Virus record (IMG/VR): IMGVR_UViG_638275429_000001
Location: 23,740 to 87,739 of that record
From: a virus
Lineage: Duplodnaviria; Heunggongvirae; Uroviricota; Caudoviricetes; Straboviridae
Length of the DNA: 64,000 nt
Direction: 5' to 3' (one strand)
Shown here: in pieces, positions 36,921 through 45,385 of the stretch
Layout of the letters: each line of letters opens with the position of its first letter
Numbering within the stretch: position 1 is the first letter of the stretch
The notes under the pieces: generated by a model
Database searches by the model: none
What the model was told of the DNA's origin: nothing
The model's input: only the letters and a program-made list of their open reading frames with translations
Translations under genes and position numbers: made by a program

Positions 36921-37139
36921 AGTAATTTCCTAATTAAGTTGAATGCGTCGATAATTACAATCGACAGGAAGAGCGAAATTGATAGGTCGATTATAAATCC
37001 TATTCCTAATAGCGGATTAGAATATGAGAAACAGGCACATAGAACAACCAAGGCCCACATAATTATTCCTATTGTATGGTGTATCAACAGAGGCTCAAAA
37101 GAGCCTCTGGGACATTGACCTGGGCAATAACCAGTTCAA

Positions 37140-38852
37140 TCAACCTTCACACGCAAGGCAATCGGATTTGCCTGAAGAAGCTTTAACACCTCGCTCAGAA
37201 CGGAGATAATACAGCGACTTCAGACGGGGGTCATCCATGAAAGCGCGGTGAACAGAAGCAATAACCGATTCTTTTTCATCTGCTGAGAAGAAAAGGTTGA
37301 TTGATTGCGCCTGGTCGATGTGCCGTTGGCGAGCTGAAGCAAGACGTATGATTGCATGTTGATCAATCTCGTAGGCAGTTTTAAACACAGACTTTTCGTG
37401 ATCTGTCAGAATATCGAGATGCTGGACAGATCCATTATGATAAGTCGCAATATCTTCCATCAGCTCTTGGATTTCTTTGTCGGTCAATCGATCTTTCAGC
37501 ACTTTTGCGAGCACCGGGTTTGAACGAACGAAATCACCGGCATTTGATTGCTGTATGAATGAGTTGCAAACCAAGGGTTCGACACCTTGCGAAACGCCAC
37601 CAGCCAAAAGGGCCGAGCTCATATTCGGAGCGATTGTGATTAATGTCGCGTTGCGCATTCCGGTACCTTTACACCATTCCGGCTCACCATACTCTTCGGC
37701 AAGTTCGCGCGAACCTTCTTCAGCAGCTTTTTTAATCTCTGCGTAAAGCTGGTTATTTAGGATGTGTGCAGCACCTGATTCAAACGCAATATCATTCATC
37801 TGGAGATACGTGTGGAAACCGAGGGTGCCGAGTCCCAATGCCCGAGCTTTTTCGGTGAAACGAATAGCTTTGTGCAATGTATCATATGAAAGTTCTTTTG
37901 CCTTTGCCAGGAATTCTGAACAAACTGAGTCGAGGAAGCGAACAGACCATTTGATATCGTCCGCGGTAATCTCATCCCAAAGAGAAACATTAAGAGAGCT
38001 CAAAATGCAGGTGAATGTGTGCATATCGTCAGACGGGAGTGCAATTTCAGTGCAGAGTTGGCTTGAGCGAATCGGGATGCCTGAGTTCTTGATAGCCTGT
38101 GGGGCTAATTCGTTTGCAATCCAGTTTTTCCACATATAACCTTTGCCAGTACGAGCGCGCATATACATCAGTTCGTTCCAGCGGGCCATGTATTCCGGGT
38201 CACGGGCTTTGAGTTTTTCATAATCTTCTTTCTCGAATACCCAGCCAACGTGAGCAGATGCTGGATTTTTCAGCACATAACCTTGTAGTTCCCAGAAATC
38301 ACCATGCGAGAAGTCAACATAACCGGCCCATTCACCACGTCGTCCAGCAGCTGCAACCTTTGTTTTGGTGTTAACGAAGTTGTCAAATACAGGGACAAGT
38401 CCGTCTGCTTTGTTGTGGCTTGTTGAGATATCCGATCCGCGCGGGCGAATGTCTCCAAGATATGACGCAGTTCCGAAACCGTTTTTAGCGAGCATTGCGA
38501 CTTCTGTTTGTCCTTCGTAGAAGTCCAGAACGCTGTCTCCGACATAACTTCCGGCGCAGGAAACAGGCATCCCACGATCTGTTCCGGTGTTACAGAAAAC
38601 TGGGGTAGCCATCGCCAGCTTACCGGACCAGAGAAGGTCGAAATAGCGCTCTTCAGCTTCTGGTCGGATATCATGCTTTGCAAGTGTTGAAGCGACTCTT
38701 CGGAATGCACCACGTACAGTTTCTCCTTTATATTGATAGTTCTTTTTGAACATCGACCAACCCTGGGTCGTGTAAAACTCTGGAATTTCGCCAATCGACT
38801 GTAGATATTTGCGTTCAGCGGAAACGGATTCAAATTTGGATTGAGCTTTCAT
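37140..38852 (-). CDS. nrdA: class I ribonucleotide reductase alpha subunit, compact form lacking ATP-cone
   Basis: 570 aa; loop-1 ATPVFCNTGT (cf. PTLFNAGT), active-site SQLCTEIALP (cf. SNLCLEIALP), radical-transfer SLYYL dyad, C-terminal CLAC redox pair. Confidence 0.75.
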   Translation of the reverse strand: MKAQSKFESVSAERKYLQSIGEIPEFYTTQGWSMFKKNYQYKGETVRGAFRRVASTLAKHDIRPEAEERYFDLLWSGKLAMATPVFCNTGTDRGMPVSCAGSYVGDSVLDFYEGQTEVAMLAKNGFGTASYLGDIRPRGSDISTSHNKADGLVPVFDNFVNTKTKVAAAGRRGEWAGYVDFSHGDFWELQGYVLKNPASAHVGWVFEKEDYEKLKARDPEYMARWNELMYMRARTGKGYMWKNWIANELAPQAIKNSGIPIRSSQLCTEIALPSDDMHTFTCILSSLNVSLWDEITADDIKWSVRFLDSVCSEFLAKAKELSYDTLHKAIRFTEKARALGLGTLGFHTYLQMNDIAFESGAAHILNNQLYAEIKKAAEEGSRELAEEYGEPEWCKGTGMRNATLITIAPNMSSALLAGGVSQGVEPLVCNSFIQQSNAGDFVRSNPVLAKVLKDRLTDKEIQELMEDIATYHNGSVQHLDILTDHEKSVFKTAYEIDQHAIIRLASARQRHIDQAQSINLFFSADEKESVIASVHRAFMDDPRLKSLYYLRSERGVKASSGKSDCLACEG

Positions 38853-38869
38853 AGTGCACCTTATAAAGA

Positions 38870-38903
38870 AATAATAACCCCGAAGGCCTTCGGGGTTTTT
38901 TTA
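38870..38903. terminator. Bidirectional GC hairpin (CCCCGAAGGCCTTCGGGG) between nrdB and nrdA
   Basis: TTTTTTT on plus side, TTATTATTT on minus side. Confidence 0.55.
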
Positions 38904-38904
38904 A

Positions 38905-39903
38905 TTACCAGCAATCGGAGAAACCAGCGCGGTCCCAATTGATGTTGTATTCAGATCCGCTACCAGTAAAGAAGTCATGGAACTTTTTCGCATTGATTGT
39001 GCGATAAAACCAACTCGCGATCGGATTGCTTTCGATTTCGAAAATCGGGTCATAGCCGAGGTTTTCGAGACAGAGGTTAATTCGAGATTTAACGAATATG
39101 CGAAGCTCGTCTGCAGTGATACCATCGATTGGTTCAGCGAAAACAAGATCAATAATGCCGGACTCATGGTCATAAACCTGGTGGGCCATGGCAATAATAT
39201 CATCTTTGAGTTTTTCGCGAACATCAACTTTGTGATGTTCCATCATCTCACGGCAAAGAGTACGGAACAGCATTGCGCCGCCAATCGAGTGATGATGCTC
39301 ATCTGCTACAGAGAGATCGACTCCGCGACAGATGTTACGCATTAGGTCTTTTCCGCATTCCTGCGCTTGGAAGTGCTTAAGGAATGCAAAGCTCGAATAA
39401 AGTACGGCACCTTCAATGAAGGTAAAGGCTGCAAAAGATTTGGCATCATCGGGGTCGGATACCGATTTACCGACAAACTGAATGCGACGAGATAACTCTT
39501 CGCTTTCCTTCCAAGAAGTGTAGAAAGCTTCATCATCCAGATAAAGGACTTCGTTGACTTTATTGTAGAACGGTGCATGAGAGTTGCCTTCAACTGCTGA
39601 AAACAGAGTGGCCATACGGTTAATTTCCGGACGACCGAATGTGCGAGCGATCCGCCCAGTCCAATAGTCTTCGCCTACTTTACGCTCGTAAATGGTGAAT
39701 AACTTCAAGACCGTGGTGATTCCATTGAGTTCGCCTGGGGTCAATTTGGTGCGCAAATCCTGCGCGTCGTTATCAACGACTGGTTCGTCCCATGGCCAAA
39801 ATGCATGCATCTGTTCGTCGGCAAGTGCAGCAAACTCCGGATAGCGAATAATCCAACCTTCTTGGTCCTGATACATAGGCAAAGACCCGTACAAATTATG
39901 CAT
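38905..39903 (-). CDS. nrdB: class I ribonucleotide reductase beta subunit (diiron-tyrosyl R2)
   Basis: 332 aa; FTFIEGAVLYSSFAF, ...ADEHHH... ferritin-like iron ligands. Confidence 0.8.
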   Translation of the reverse strand: MHNLYGSLPMYQDQEGWIIRYPEFAALADEQMHAFWPWDEPVVDNDAQDLRTKLTPGELNGITTVLKLFTIYERKVGEDYWTGRIARTFGRPEINRMATLFSAVEGNSHAPFYNKVNEVLYLDDEAFYTSWKESEELSRRIQFVGKSVSDPDDAKSFAAFTFIEGAVLYSSFAFLKHFQAQECGKDLMRNICRGVDLSVADEHHHSIGGAMLFRTLCREMMEHHKVDVREKLKDDIIAMAHQVYDHESGIIDLVFAEPIDGITADELRIFVKSRINLCLENLGYDPIFEIESNPIASWFYRTINAKKFHDFFTGSGSEYNINWDRAGFSDCW

Positions 39904-39912
39904 TGTTTACCT

Positions 39913-40374
39913 CTAAATTGTATTTTTGAATATGTTTTTGAACCGATTTACCAGATTACGCATAGTGCTTTCTTTATACCGAACGTAATATGCGGTAAAT
40001 TCGGTTGATTTTGAGAATCCGGTTTTTGAATAGAGCGCGATTCGAATATCGGTCAACGGCGTTTGTGTGTTAAAAATTATCACAGGAGGCCGACCGAGAA
40101 GTTCAAAATGCATTTTATCACGGCAAAATGACATTGCGTCCAACATCCGTGGTTTATTACCGCCTGCTCTTCGTATTGAAGTAATTATATCACGATCAGC
40201 TACGATAAGCGCTCCACCAGGTAGCTGATCGTATGATAATTTATGCAATTTCACCGTGGTCGCGATGGTATCATGGGCATTCACAACCGTGACGCTCTCA
40301 AAGAAATTGTCGTCTTTTATAGTAACTATTTTAGGTTTTATTTGGTTGCAACATTGACAAACTACGTTGTTCAT
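39913..40374 (-). CDS. hypothetical protein (153 aa)
   Basis: ORF. Confidence 0.45.
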   Translation of the reverse strand: MNNVVCQCCNQIKPKIVTIKDDNFFESVTVVNAHDTIATTVKLHKLSYDQLPGGALIVADRDIITSIRRAGGNKPRMLDAMSFCRDKMHFELLGRPPVIIFNTQTPLTDIRIALYSKTGFSKSTEFTAYYVRYKESTMRNLVNRFKNIFKNTI

Positions 40375-40384
40375 TTTATCTCCG

Positions 40385-40412
40385 AATACAAAAATAGCCT
40401 CCGAAGAGGCTA
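40385..40412 (-). terminator. Rho-independent terminator
   Basis: TAGCCTCTTCGGAGGCTA + TTTTTGTATT on minus. Confidence 0.6.
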
Positions 40413-40419
40413 TTTAACT

Positions 40420-40590
40420 TCAGGCATTTAGCTGGATAACGTCTGCATCCAGAGTTACGGTGTCTTTGATAGGGAATTCAGTACCAACTGGCAGCATTGG
40501 GTCGGCGCTTTTCAGTACGTGGAAGTAAGAAGCAACCTTTTTGACTGCCAGTTCGCCGTGACCGAAATTTACCAGGTGAGTTACGTTAGA
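40420..40590 (-). CDS. small hypothetical protein (start uncertain)
   Basis: ORF after repeat variant 40611-40670. Confidence 0.3.
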   Translation of the reverse strand, partial: SNVTHLVNFGHGELAVKKVASYFHVLKSADPMLPVGTEFPIKDTVTLDADVIQLNA

Positions 40591-40678
40591 CATAATGATT
40601 TCCTCATGTTTTTGTTTGGATTGATTTGATGGAGTAATCATATCATTGAATACCAAAACATGAACATGCTATTGAAAA

Positions 40679-41134
40679 TTATGTCATAATCACAAACTCG
40701 ACACCATGGGTACCTGCCCAGTCATAGATTTCTTGGCGCTGGTGGCGGGATGTGAGGGTGTATTCGCTTTCGTCAATCATCAGGAATTTGACTTTAGGAC
40801 AACGGTCAGTAAGCTCGCTAATTGTTGATATCCGGATGTCTCCACGCCATTGATATGATACCATATCTTGAACGTGTCGTTTGTTTGCCGAGTTCATCGT
40901 GATTATCCGAGCGCCACCTTGAGCTGATACTTCGTTTGCCAAATGGAGCAAACCTGTCGTTTTGCCGGTCATGCGACCTAAGTTGAGGTGGATAGTCCGA
41001 TGCTCGCGTAGAAAACTCGACTTTGACTGGCTCATTTCCTGTATACAACCTGAAGGTTTATTAGCGTAAGACCTGTTGATTGCGTCAATAAAGAAGGTTT
41101 TGTAGTTGAAAAATCGTTCTTTTACGATAGACAT
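40679..41134 (-). CDS. small P-loop NTPase (151 aa)
   Basis: Walker A LGRMTGKTTGL, Walker B FLMIDESE. Confidence 0.5.
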   Translation of the reverse strand: MSIVKERFFNYKTFFIDAINRSYANKPSGCIQEMSQSKSSFLREHRTIHLNLGRMTGKTTGLLHLANEVSAQGGARIITMNSANKRHVQDMVSYQWRGDIRISTISELTDRCPKVKFLMIDESEYTLTSRHQRQEIYDWAGTHGVEFVIMT

Positions 41135-41168
41135 GCTTGTCTCCTTAACGGCCTGCTGGCCAGTGGGT

Positions 41169-41194
41169 ATGAAAAAGGCTCCATTGTGGAGCCT
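41169..41194 (-). terminator. Rho-independent terminator
   Basis: AGGCTCCACAATGGAGCCT + TTTTTCAT on minus. Confidence 0.55.
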
Positions 41195-41198
41195 TTAA

Positions 41199-41402
41199 TT
41201 ATTCGGTTTCGATAGCAAGATCGATCCGGGCTGAAAGAATCAACTGATATGCTTTCATTGCATCAAGTTGTTGAACCATCAGTTCTTGTTGCGCAAATTC
41301 CAGCTGAGGGAAGATTGGAGAACCGCCGATAAAGCTGTCCAGAGCTACGATCTTATCGGTAAGATCTCGGAGTTCAACCTGCATACGATCAATATGTGAC
41401 AT
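41199..41402 (-). CDS. hypothetical protein (67 aa)
   Basis: ORF. Confidence 0.4.
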   Translation of the reverse strand: MSHIDRMQVELRDLTDKIVALDSFIGGSPIFPQLEFAQQELMVQQLDAMKAYQLILSARIDLAIETE

Positions 41403-41412
41403 TGTTATTTCC

Positions 41413-41622
41413 TTAATAAAGTGCCCGGAGTAGAGCCTGTTGTTTACGTTTCAATTTCTGTTCTTCAGTGAGCTCTTCCTCAGGGATTTGCTCTTTAACT
41501 ACGCCAACTTTCTTTTTCGGACCAGTGCTATCCCACAGTGGTGAGTTGTACCAGTTTGCGTTATTTCCATTAGCGCCGCCACGACCCTCTCGAGCGTGTG
41601 ATTTCTCGTGCATCATTGCCAT
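41413..41622 (-). CDS. hypothetical basic protein (69 aa)
   Basis: ORF. Confidence 0.4.
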   Translation of the reverse strand: MAMMHEKSHAREGRGGANGNNANWYNSPLWDSTGPKKKVGVVKEQIPEEELTEEQKLKRKQQALLRALY

Positions 41623-41639
41623 GCGTGTTTCTCATTAAT

Positions 41640-41716
41640 TGGTGGTCCCTATTGGATTCGAACCAATGACCAACGACTTAGAACGACGTTGCTCTGTCCA
41701 GCTGAGCTAAGAGACC
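41640..41716 (-). tRNA. tRNA-Arg (anticodon TCT)
   Basis: 7-bp acceptor GGTCTCT/AGGGACC + A + CCA; D-arm GCTCAGCTGGACAGAGC; anticodon loop GTTCTAA; T-arm ATTGG-TTCGAAT-CCAAT. Confidence 0.6.
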
Positions 41717-41733
41717 AATTGAACGAAAGGCTT

Positions 41734-42183
41734 TTAACCAGCCTGAAGACTATCTCGAACTCTGTACAGATTTGAGCAAAATTCTTGCTCTGTTAGAACA
41801 GTTTCGTTTTTCTTGTTTTTGCCCATTGAATGGGTCAATGAAGAATTCCGGGTTGCCAGAATAGCTCGTTTGAAACCAGAATTCTTCGAAACTTCGTCGT
41901 AAGCGCGGCTAATAAGTTCCGAATACGCGTCACTTTGTCGGTGCATCGGTTTGCCACGCCAATAGAGAGTTTGGTCTCGCCACCAGTTTTTCTTTTTGCC
42001 TTTAAACTTCGCAGCTTTACCGACTAAAGAGCAAACATGCTCTTGCATCTCAGGCGATTTGAATTTAAGAGATTGCAAAAATCCTTCAATCGAGGCGCAA
42101 CGAACACCATCAATATAGAATTCATGAGGAGCGAAGTTACTTAATGCGCAGGATGGCCAAGAGGCACCAGAACCGATGTCCAT
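41734..42183 (-). CDS. NADAR-domain protein (YbiA/DUF1768 family; NAD/ADP-ribose-associated N-glycosidase)
   Basis: 149 aa; SNFAPHEFYIDGVRCASIEGFLQSLKF matches NADAR N-terminal signature (SNFyp..F..dG..y.S.EhyfQa.Kf). Confidence 0.6.
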   Translation of the reverse strand: MDIGSGASWPSCALSNFAPHEFYIDGVRCASIEGFLQSLKFKSPEMQEHVCSLVGKAAKFKGKKKNWWRDQTLYWRGKPMHRQSDAYSELISRAYDEVSKNSGFKRAILATRNSSLTHSMGKNKKNETVLTEQEFCSNLYRVRDSLQAG

Positions 42184-42199
42184 AACAAATATCTCACTT

Positions 42200-42568
42200 T
42201 TAAAGGGATTGTGTGAAAGTTCGCGTGATTACGTCCCGTTGTTGCTCAGGAGTTAATGCATTAAAGCGTACGGCATAACCGGAAACACGGATGGTTAGTT
42301 GGGGATATTTTTCTGGATTAACGATTGCATCTTCCAGGGTATTTCGGTCAAGAACATTTACGTTGAGATGCTGACCACCTTCAACAGTTGGCTCCGGCTG
42401 AACGTCAAAGAAACGTCCTGGGCGTCCACGAATAACCGAATCTTCGACGATAGTGTCGATTTCATAAGTTTTCGAAGCGATCACCTTGGCATTATTTGTC
42501 TGATCATCTACCAGGAAAATTGATCCATGATCATTCGAGCCATCAAGCAATTGGAAACCAATTAACAT
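42200..42568 (-). CDS. grcA: autonomous glycyl-radical cofactor GrcA/YfiD homolog (start uncertain: ATG at 42568 or TTG at 42637)
   Basis: C-terminal [61 protein letters not shown] nearly identical to E. coli GrcA; RVSGY glycyl radical motif. Confidence 0.85.
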   Translation of the reverse strand: MLIGFQLLDGSNDHGSIFLVDDQTNNAKVIASKTYEIDTIVEDSVIRGRPGRFFDVQPEPTVEGGQHLNVNVLDRNTLEDAIVNPEKYPQLTIRVSGYAVRFNALTPEQQRDVITRTFTQSL

Positions 42569-42593
42569 ATTGTCCTCACTTTGTGGTGTAATC

Positions 42594-42672
42594 TGGTGGA
42601 TTTGGACCGGTCTCGAACCGACATCATCAGGATGCAAAGCAACCTACGGTCTTCCCATTAAACGACAAATCC
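42594..42672 (-). tRNA. tRNA-like element, type undetermined (atypical anticodon arm)
   Basis: perfect acceptor GGATTTG/CAAATCC + A + CCA, D-arm with GG, TTCGAGA T-loop; anticodon stem has mismatches; overlaps N-terminal homology region of GrcA ORF. Confidence 0.35.
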
Positions 42673-42684
42673 ATGATATTAATT

Positions 42685-42759
42685 TGGTGGCCCTGGCAGG
42701 AATCGAACCTGCTACGAGCGGTTATGAGCCGCCTGCTTGAACCGTCTAGCTACAGGGCC
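42685..42759 (-). tRNA. tRNA-Met or Ile2 (anticodon CAT)
   Basis: acceptor GGCCCTG/CAGGGCC + A + CCA; anticodon arm GGCGG-CTCATAA-CCGCT; T-arm GCAGG-TTCGATT-CCTGC. Confidence 0.7.
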
Positions 42760-42966
42760 TAGAGACGAAAAAGCCCATAACGGTCGATTGACAAGTCATG
42801 GGCATTGTTTTAATTAGGACGCTTGCTAGGGTCTCGAACCCATCACGAATATACGCACGTGTAGACTGCCAGACAACAAGTACTTAGTAAGCTAATTAAT
42901 GGTACTCACGGTGCACCGCTTTCACATATTTCGCTATTTTCCCACGTCTAAGCAAGCGATTGAAAT

Positions 42967-43043
42967 TGGATGCGACGGATGGATTCGAACCACCGATTTC
43001 CGGGATATGAGCCCGACGAGGACGACCTCTCCTCTACGTCGCA
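42967..43043 (-). tRNA. tRNA-Met or Ile2 (anticodon CAT), second copy
   Basis: acceptor TGCGACG/CGTCGCA + T + CCA; anticodon arm TCGGG-CTCATAT-CCCGG; T-loop TTCGAAT. Confidence 0.6.
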
Positions 43044-43065
43044 TTTGAATCTTGAGAATTTAGAG

Positions 43066-43138
43066 CGGAGCCACCGAGGATCGAACTCGGTGCTATCCCG
43101 TGACAGGGGATTATTTTAACCGTATAAACTATGGCTCC
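43066..43138 (-). tRNA. tRNA-Asp (anticodon GTC), CCA not encoded
   Basis: acceptor GGAGCCA/TGGCTCC + G; anticodon arm ATCCC-CTGTCAC-GGGAT; T-arm CCGAG-TTCGATC-CTCGG. Confidence 0.7.
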
Positions 43139-43211
43139 GCTCTAAACTCTGTTTTGGTATGAGTTAATCATATCATGAATTCAGATGTTTGAAACAAAAT
43201 GCTTTAAATCT

Positions 43212-43299
43212 TGGCGGAGAAGGAGAGATTCGAACTCTCGAAACCTTTCGGTTTACTTCCTTAGCAGGGAAGCGATTTAAACCGCTCATCCACTTCTCC
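43212..43299 (-). tRNA. tRNA-Ser (anticodon GCT), type II with long variable arm
   Basis: acceptor GGAGAAG/CTTCTCC + G + CCA; anticodon arm CTTCC-CTGCTAA-GGAAG; variable arm TAAACCGAAAGGTTTC; T-arm GAGAG-TTCGAAT-CTCTC. Confidence 0.7.
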
Positions 43300-43306
43300 T
43301 AGAATT

Positions 43307-43382
43307 TGGTAGTGGATACTGGGGTCGAACCAGTGCGCTCTCGATTATCGGTCGAGTGCTCTACCTACTGAGCTAATCCACT
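43307..43382 (-). tRNA. tRNA-Ile (anticodon GAT)
   Basis: acceptor AGTGGAT/ATCCACT + A + CCA; D-arm GCTCAGTAGGTAGAGC; anticodon arm CTCGA-CCGATAA-TCGAG; T-arm ACTGG-TTCGACC-CCAGT. Confidence 0.7.
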
Positions 43383-43384
43383 AT

Positions 43385-43460
43385 TGGCATGACATCAAGG
43401 ATTCGAACCCTGGCCGCACGGTTTTGGAGACCGGCATGCTACCGCTAACACCAATGTCAT
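43385..43460 (-). tRNA. tRNA-Trp (anticodon CCA), one mismatch in anticodon stem
   Basis: acceptor ATGACAT/ATGTCAT + G + CCA; anticodon loop CTCCAAA; T-arm CAGGG-TTCGAAT-CCTTG. Confidence 0.5.
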
Positions 43461-43616
43461 ATAAATCGATCTGGACGCACCATTTCCAGACAAAACCTCG
43501 TCGGAGGCCAAGGGCCAACAAGATATGATACAGACCGACGTCCTCGTCATATCCAGATGGTCTTCCCTTTTACTTTACGCTCGGGTCTTTTTCAAGAAAT
43601 CCGAACATTAACGTAA

Positions 43617-43793
43617 TGACAGAATAAAACGAATAACAATCGCTAACGGCCAAAGCAAGCCGACGAGTAAAGATCCAAAAATATTGCCAAAAACCTCTGA
43701 TGGCGTATCCGAATATCGCTTATAATCTCCAAGGAAAGAGCAAATAAACACGATAACGGCAATAACTTGGTATACAAGCAACATGATATTTCC
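43617..43793 (-). CDS. small hydrophobic peptide (about 58 aa, predicted 2 TM) within tRNA region
   Basis: MLLVYQVIAVIVFICSFLGDYKRYSDTPSEVFGNIFGSLLVGLLWPLAIVIRFILSLR by manual translation; below ORF-track cutoff. Confidence 0.3.
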
Positions 43794-43805
43794 CTTAATT
43801 AAATT

Positions 43806-43881
43806 TGGTGCCGATTGTCCGACTCGAACGGACCACCTGATGCTTACAAAACAACTGCTCTACCGGATGAGCTAAATCGGC
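43806..43881 (-). tRNA. tRNA-Thr (anticodon TGT)
   Basis: acceptor GCCGATT/AATCGGC + A + CCA; D-arm GCTCATCCGGTAGAGC; anticodon loop TTTGTAA; T-arm GTCCG-TTCGAGT-CGGAC. Confidence 0.6.
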
Positions 43882-43882
43882 A

Positions 43883-44242
43883 TTATTCTAAGATTGTCAG
43901 ACCGTCTTCGTCGGAGTATGCACGCACGGCATTTTCTGAACCCGTCAAGTGAATGAAACCTATTGGAGTGTGTGCATTAAATTTAGATAAAATATAAATC
44001 AGATCAGCAACCGTTATACCGAATGGGAGCGTAATTTCGCCGCAGTCGTGTTTCTTCCAATCGCGTTTTACTTCAGCGATTGAGTCAGAGTCAATTTCCC
44101 ATTCTTTTTGACAAACGACACATTTTCCAATCCAACCATCTCCGGCTCCACATGGGCCAAAACAGTATTCGTGCAGACCGATAAATTTATCTTGCCCACA
44201 GCATACATCAGGACGAGTAGTTGTAATATTTACAATTTTCAT
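43883..44242 (-). CDS. Cys-rich hypothetical protein (119 aa)
   Basis: multiple CxxC pairs (CCGQD, CFGPCG, CVVCQ). Confidence 0.45.
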   Translation of the reverse strand: MKIVNITTTRPDVCCGQDKFIGLHEYCFGPCGAGDGWIGKCVVCQKEWEIDSDSIAEVKRDWKKHDCGEITLPFGITVADLIYILSKFNAHTPIGFIHLTGSENAVRAYSDEDGLTILE

Positions 44243-44520
44243 AATGTTTTTCTCATGGTTTTGACAATTTTTCAGATTCTCTTAGCCGTTGCTGCAGCAT
44301 GGCACTGAAGTTTTTGAGGCTATCGCCTAAAATTATTTTACGTGGGGATAACTAATAACCTCCACATATTAAGAGAATCTGAAGAATTGGGCTCCGAAGA
44401 GCCTATTCTTCAATTGCGCCTTCGTGAATAACCGCATCACCAGTATTGCCGGGAGAGGATGTTACTGCATTTGACGACTTTATGGACTTGTTTGCAACCA
44501 AGTATCCACTCTATAGAATT

Positions 44521-44597
44521 TGGTCCGCGTGGAAGGATTCGAACCTCCGACTTTCTGGTCCCAAACCAGACGACCTACCTGACTAGCCTACACGCGG
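44521..44597 (-). tRNA. tRNA-Pro (anticodon TGG)
   Basis: acceptor CCGCGTG/CACGCGG + A + CCA; anticodon arm TCTGG-TTTGGGA-CCAGA; T-arm GGAGG-TTCGAAT-CCTTC. Confidence 0.7.
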
Positions 44598-44841
44598 AAA
44601 ATTTATACCCCGTCTATACTTTTTCGTTTCACCGAGCATGTCGGGAGTGACTACAGAAGTTCTGGCCGAGGATTTTACGAGACGTCTCCCGATTTCCTTG
44701 TTAATGCCGATCGTCATAACTTTCGTTAAGCGTCGGAGACAATACGTTTGCCCTACTCGCGTTCTCCAGTCACGGCGCAATAAAGGACAAGTGCAGCAAC
44801 CAGGGGTGCGAAACTGACTAGGAATCTAGAGCCCTGTGCCT

Positions 44842-45081
44842 TTAGCTCATTTCAGAATAAACTTTATTGATCAGGTCCATGTTGGCTTTTGCCATTGCAT
44901 ACTCTGGAGTATCACGTTCACGTTCAACCCATTCACATTTATCGTCGCAACACCATCCGCCGAATCGAGTACCCATAGATTTGTAGCATGCGGTTTTGAA
45001 CGATTTAATTCGCGATTTAGTGAGTGCGCGCAATTCATTTTCATCGAATTTGGTGTGAACAATATCGGTAGATCGCAACAT
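44842..45081 (-). CDS. hypothetical protein (about 79 aa; start trimmed to avoid tRNA overlap)
   Basis: CEWVERE...; longer ORF start would overlap tRNA-Gly. Confidence 0.35.
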   Translation of the reverse strand: MLRSTDIVHTKFDENELRALTKSRIKSFKTACYKSMGTRFGGWCCDDKCEWVERERDTPEYAMAKANMDLINKVYSEMS

Positions 45082-45102
45082 AATATTTTCCTCATTTTGT
45101 GT

Positions 45103-45178
45103 TGGAGCGGGTAGCCGGTATCGAACCGGTCTACTCAAGCTTGGAAGGCTAGCATGTATCCGTAAACACCTTACCCGC
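45103..45178 (-). tRNA. tRNA-Gly (anticodon TCC)
   Basis: acceptor GCGGGTA/TACCCGC + T + CCA; anticodon loop CTTCCAA; T-loop TTCGATA. Confidence 0.6.
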
Positions 45179-45192
45179 AAAATAATCATAGG

Positions 45193-45265
45193 GGTGACGG
45201 ACGAGGATTGAACTCGCGACGACCAGGATCACAACCTGGGGCTCTACCAGCTGAGCTACCGTCAC
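45193..45265 (-). tRNA. tRNA-His (anticodon GTG), CCA not encoded
   Basis: acceptor GTGACGG/CCGTCAC + C; D-arm GCTCAGCTGGTAGAGC; anticodon arm CCAGG-TTGTGAT-CCTGG perfect. Confidence 0.7.
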
Positions 45266-45385
45266 ACCTATGATTACTCAAAACTAAAACTGGTGGAGAT
45301 GACTAGAGTCGATTCTAGTAAGGCTTGTAAGGCGGGTCCATTACGAGGACCTGATGCTCTTTACATCTTACATCTCCAATGAATT

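Noticed and set aside
42200-42637. Full 145-aa ORF call for GrcA with the start reported as M at 42637
   Set aside because: The codon at 42637-42635 is TTG, and the first 17 codons coincide with a tRNA-like element on the same strand. The boundary was left uncertain and the conservative ATG at 42568 was used for the feature.
42821-42892. Additional tRNA candidate (gcttact...agcaagc) and 45283-45350 (tggtgga...)
   Set aside because: The acceptor-like ends pair only partially, the T-arm is non-canonical and no convincing anticodon arm could be folded by hand. They may be degenerate tRNA remnants and need tRNAscan-SE.
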